The translations under genes were made by a program, and so were the position numbers. From Candidatus Poribacteria bacterium (GTDB taxonomy: Bacteria > Poribacteria > WGA-4E > WGA-3G), in NCBI GenBank assembly GCA_003635305.1, contig PYJE01000120.1:5506-53440 (forward strand): a stretch of DNA of 47,935 nucleotides, read 5' to 3'. Positions 47,221 through 47,935 of this stretch are shown one piece after another. The notes below the pieces were generated by a model. That model did not search any database and was not told where the DNA came from. It saw only the letters and a program-made list of their open reading frames with translations. How positions within the stretch are numbered: position 1 is the first letter of the stretch; every line of letters starts with the position of its first letter.

Positions 47221-47935
47221 ATGAAGAATCAACACAACACTCTGGCGGTAGGCGTTGCCCAAGTGGAAATCACGCCGGATTACCCCATCCGACTCAGCGG
47301 CTACGGAAGCCGACGCACTGAGTCCGAAGGTATCATCCAGCGGCTCTGGGCGAAAGCACTCGCCATCGGCAGTGACACAGAAGAACCTGTCATCGTGGTA
47401 ACCGTCGAAAACTGCGGTTTGCCCGATGAACTCACCGAGGAAGTCGCGCACCGTGTCAAACAGAAAACCGGGCTCTCCCGCGCGCATTTTGTCGCCTGTT
47501 TTACACATACACACAGCGCACCGTGCCTCACCAACGCCGCGCCTTTCATTTTCAGTTCAGATATTCCACCCGAACAGCAGGAGAAAATCGAGCGGTATAC
47601 CCAACAACTCGGTGATTGGTTAGAGACGGTTACGCTGGAAGCACTCGCTAATCGCGAACCGTGTCAAGTGGCATGGAATGTCGGTGAATTGGACTTTGCC
47701 AAAAATCGGCGAACGGAGGGCGGCCCGATCGACCACGGTTTACCGATGCTACACGTCACCGATGCAGACGGTGCCTTGCGCGCCGTGTGGGCAAGTTACG
47801 CGTGCCATTGCACGACGTTAGCAGGCTCGGATAACCACATCTGCGGCGATTGGGCCGGCTATGCGCAAGAAGCAATTCAGGCGGCAAACCCCGGCGCAAC
47901 GGCATTAATCTCTATCGGTTGCGGCGCGGATGCGA
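47221..47935 (+). CDS. Neutral/alkaline ceramidase-like hydrolase, N-terminal part (the ORF runs off the window end)
   Basis: This ORF is not in the supplied track because it has no stop codon. The ATG at 47221 follows GGAGAGAGGAAA. The translated sequence is MKNQHNTLAVGVAQVEITPDYPIRLSGYGSRRTESEGIIQRLWAKALAIG...FTHTHSAPC...CGDWAGYAQ, which resembles the ceramidase_alk N-terminal domain. Confidence 0.6.
   Translation, partial: MKNQHNTLAVGVAQVEITPDYPIRLSGYGSRRTESEGIIQRLWAKALAIGSDTEEPVIVVTVENCGLPDELTEEVAHRVKQKTGLSRAHFVACFTHTHSAPCLTNAAPFIFSSDIPPEQQEKIERYTQQLGDWLETVTLEALANREPCQVAWNVGELDFAKNRRTEGGPIDHGLPMLHVTDADGALRAVWASYACHCTTLAGSDNHICGDWAGYAQEAIQAANPGATALISIGCGADA

Overview
47.9-kb chromosomal segment from what looks like an uncultivated bacterium. 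GC is in the mid-50s % by eye. T9SS-type C-terminal sorting domains, LRR/cohesin/dockerin surface proteins, ThuA and sugar-isomerase genes hint at an FCB- or Poribacteria-like lineage, but this is speculative. I support about 38 protein genes. I found no rRNA, tRNA, CRISPR array, transposase or integrase. Gene content in order: (1) a thiamine cluster (ThiY-type binding protein, thiO, thiS, thiG); (2) secreted GATase1/ThuA-like proteins; (3) two paralogous LRR + jelly-roll + dockerin surface proteins, the larger also carrying two CxxCH haem motifs and a cohesin; (4) a recurrent family of small membrane-anchored coiled-coil proteins (4 copies plus 1 fragment); (5) a large polytopic membrane protein; (6) a triple-DUF5069 protein; (7) a single-chain DNA methyltransferase-Mrr-like nuclease fusion; (8) a GT39-like membrane glycosyltransferase; (9) a cNMP-binding PP2C phosphatase; (10) a 1446-aa fusion of fatty-acyl reductase, AMP-ligase, ACP and PlsC acyltransferase, translationally coupled to a HAD-IB phosphatase; (11) TPR, ThuA and enolase-superfamily genes; (12) nuoABC without nuoD; (13) PotB/PotC-like permeases; (14) alr; (15) an ABC ATPase coupled to a beta-barrel-like protein; (16) a partial neutral-ceramidase-like gene. 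The best candidate for a poorly described system is the lipid megasynthase locus (28834-35167), which may make ether lipid or wax/alkyl lipid. The most pervasive non-genic signal is that most of the longer intergenic spacers (at least 15) carry several families of short GC-rich palindromes. These are often amplified into tandem arrays with periods of about 38 to 103 bp. Two genes also have tandemly duplicated 3' ends. All functional calls rest on motif reading by eye. No database search was run.
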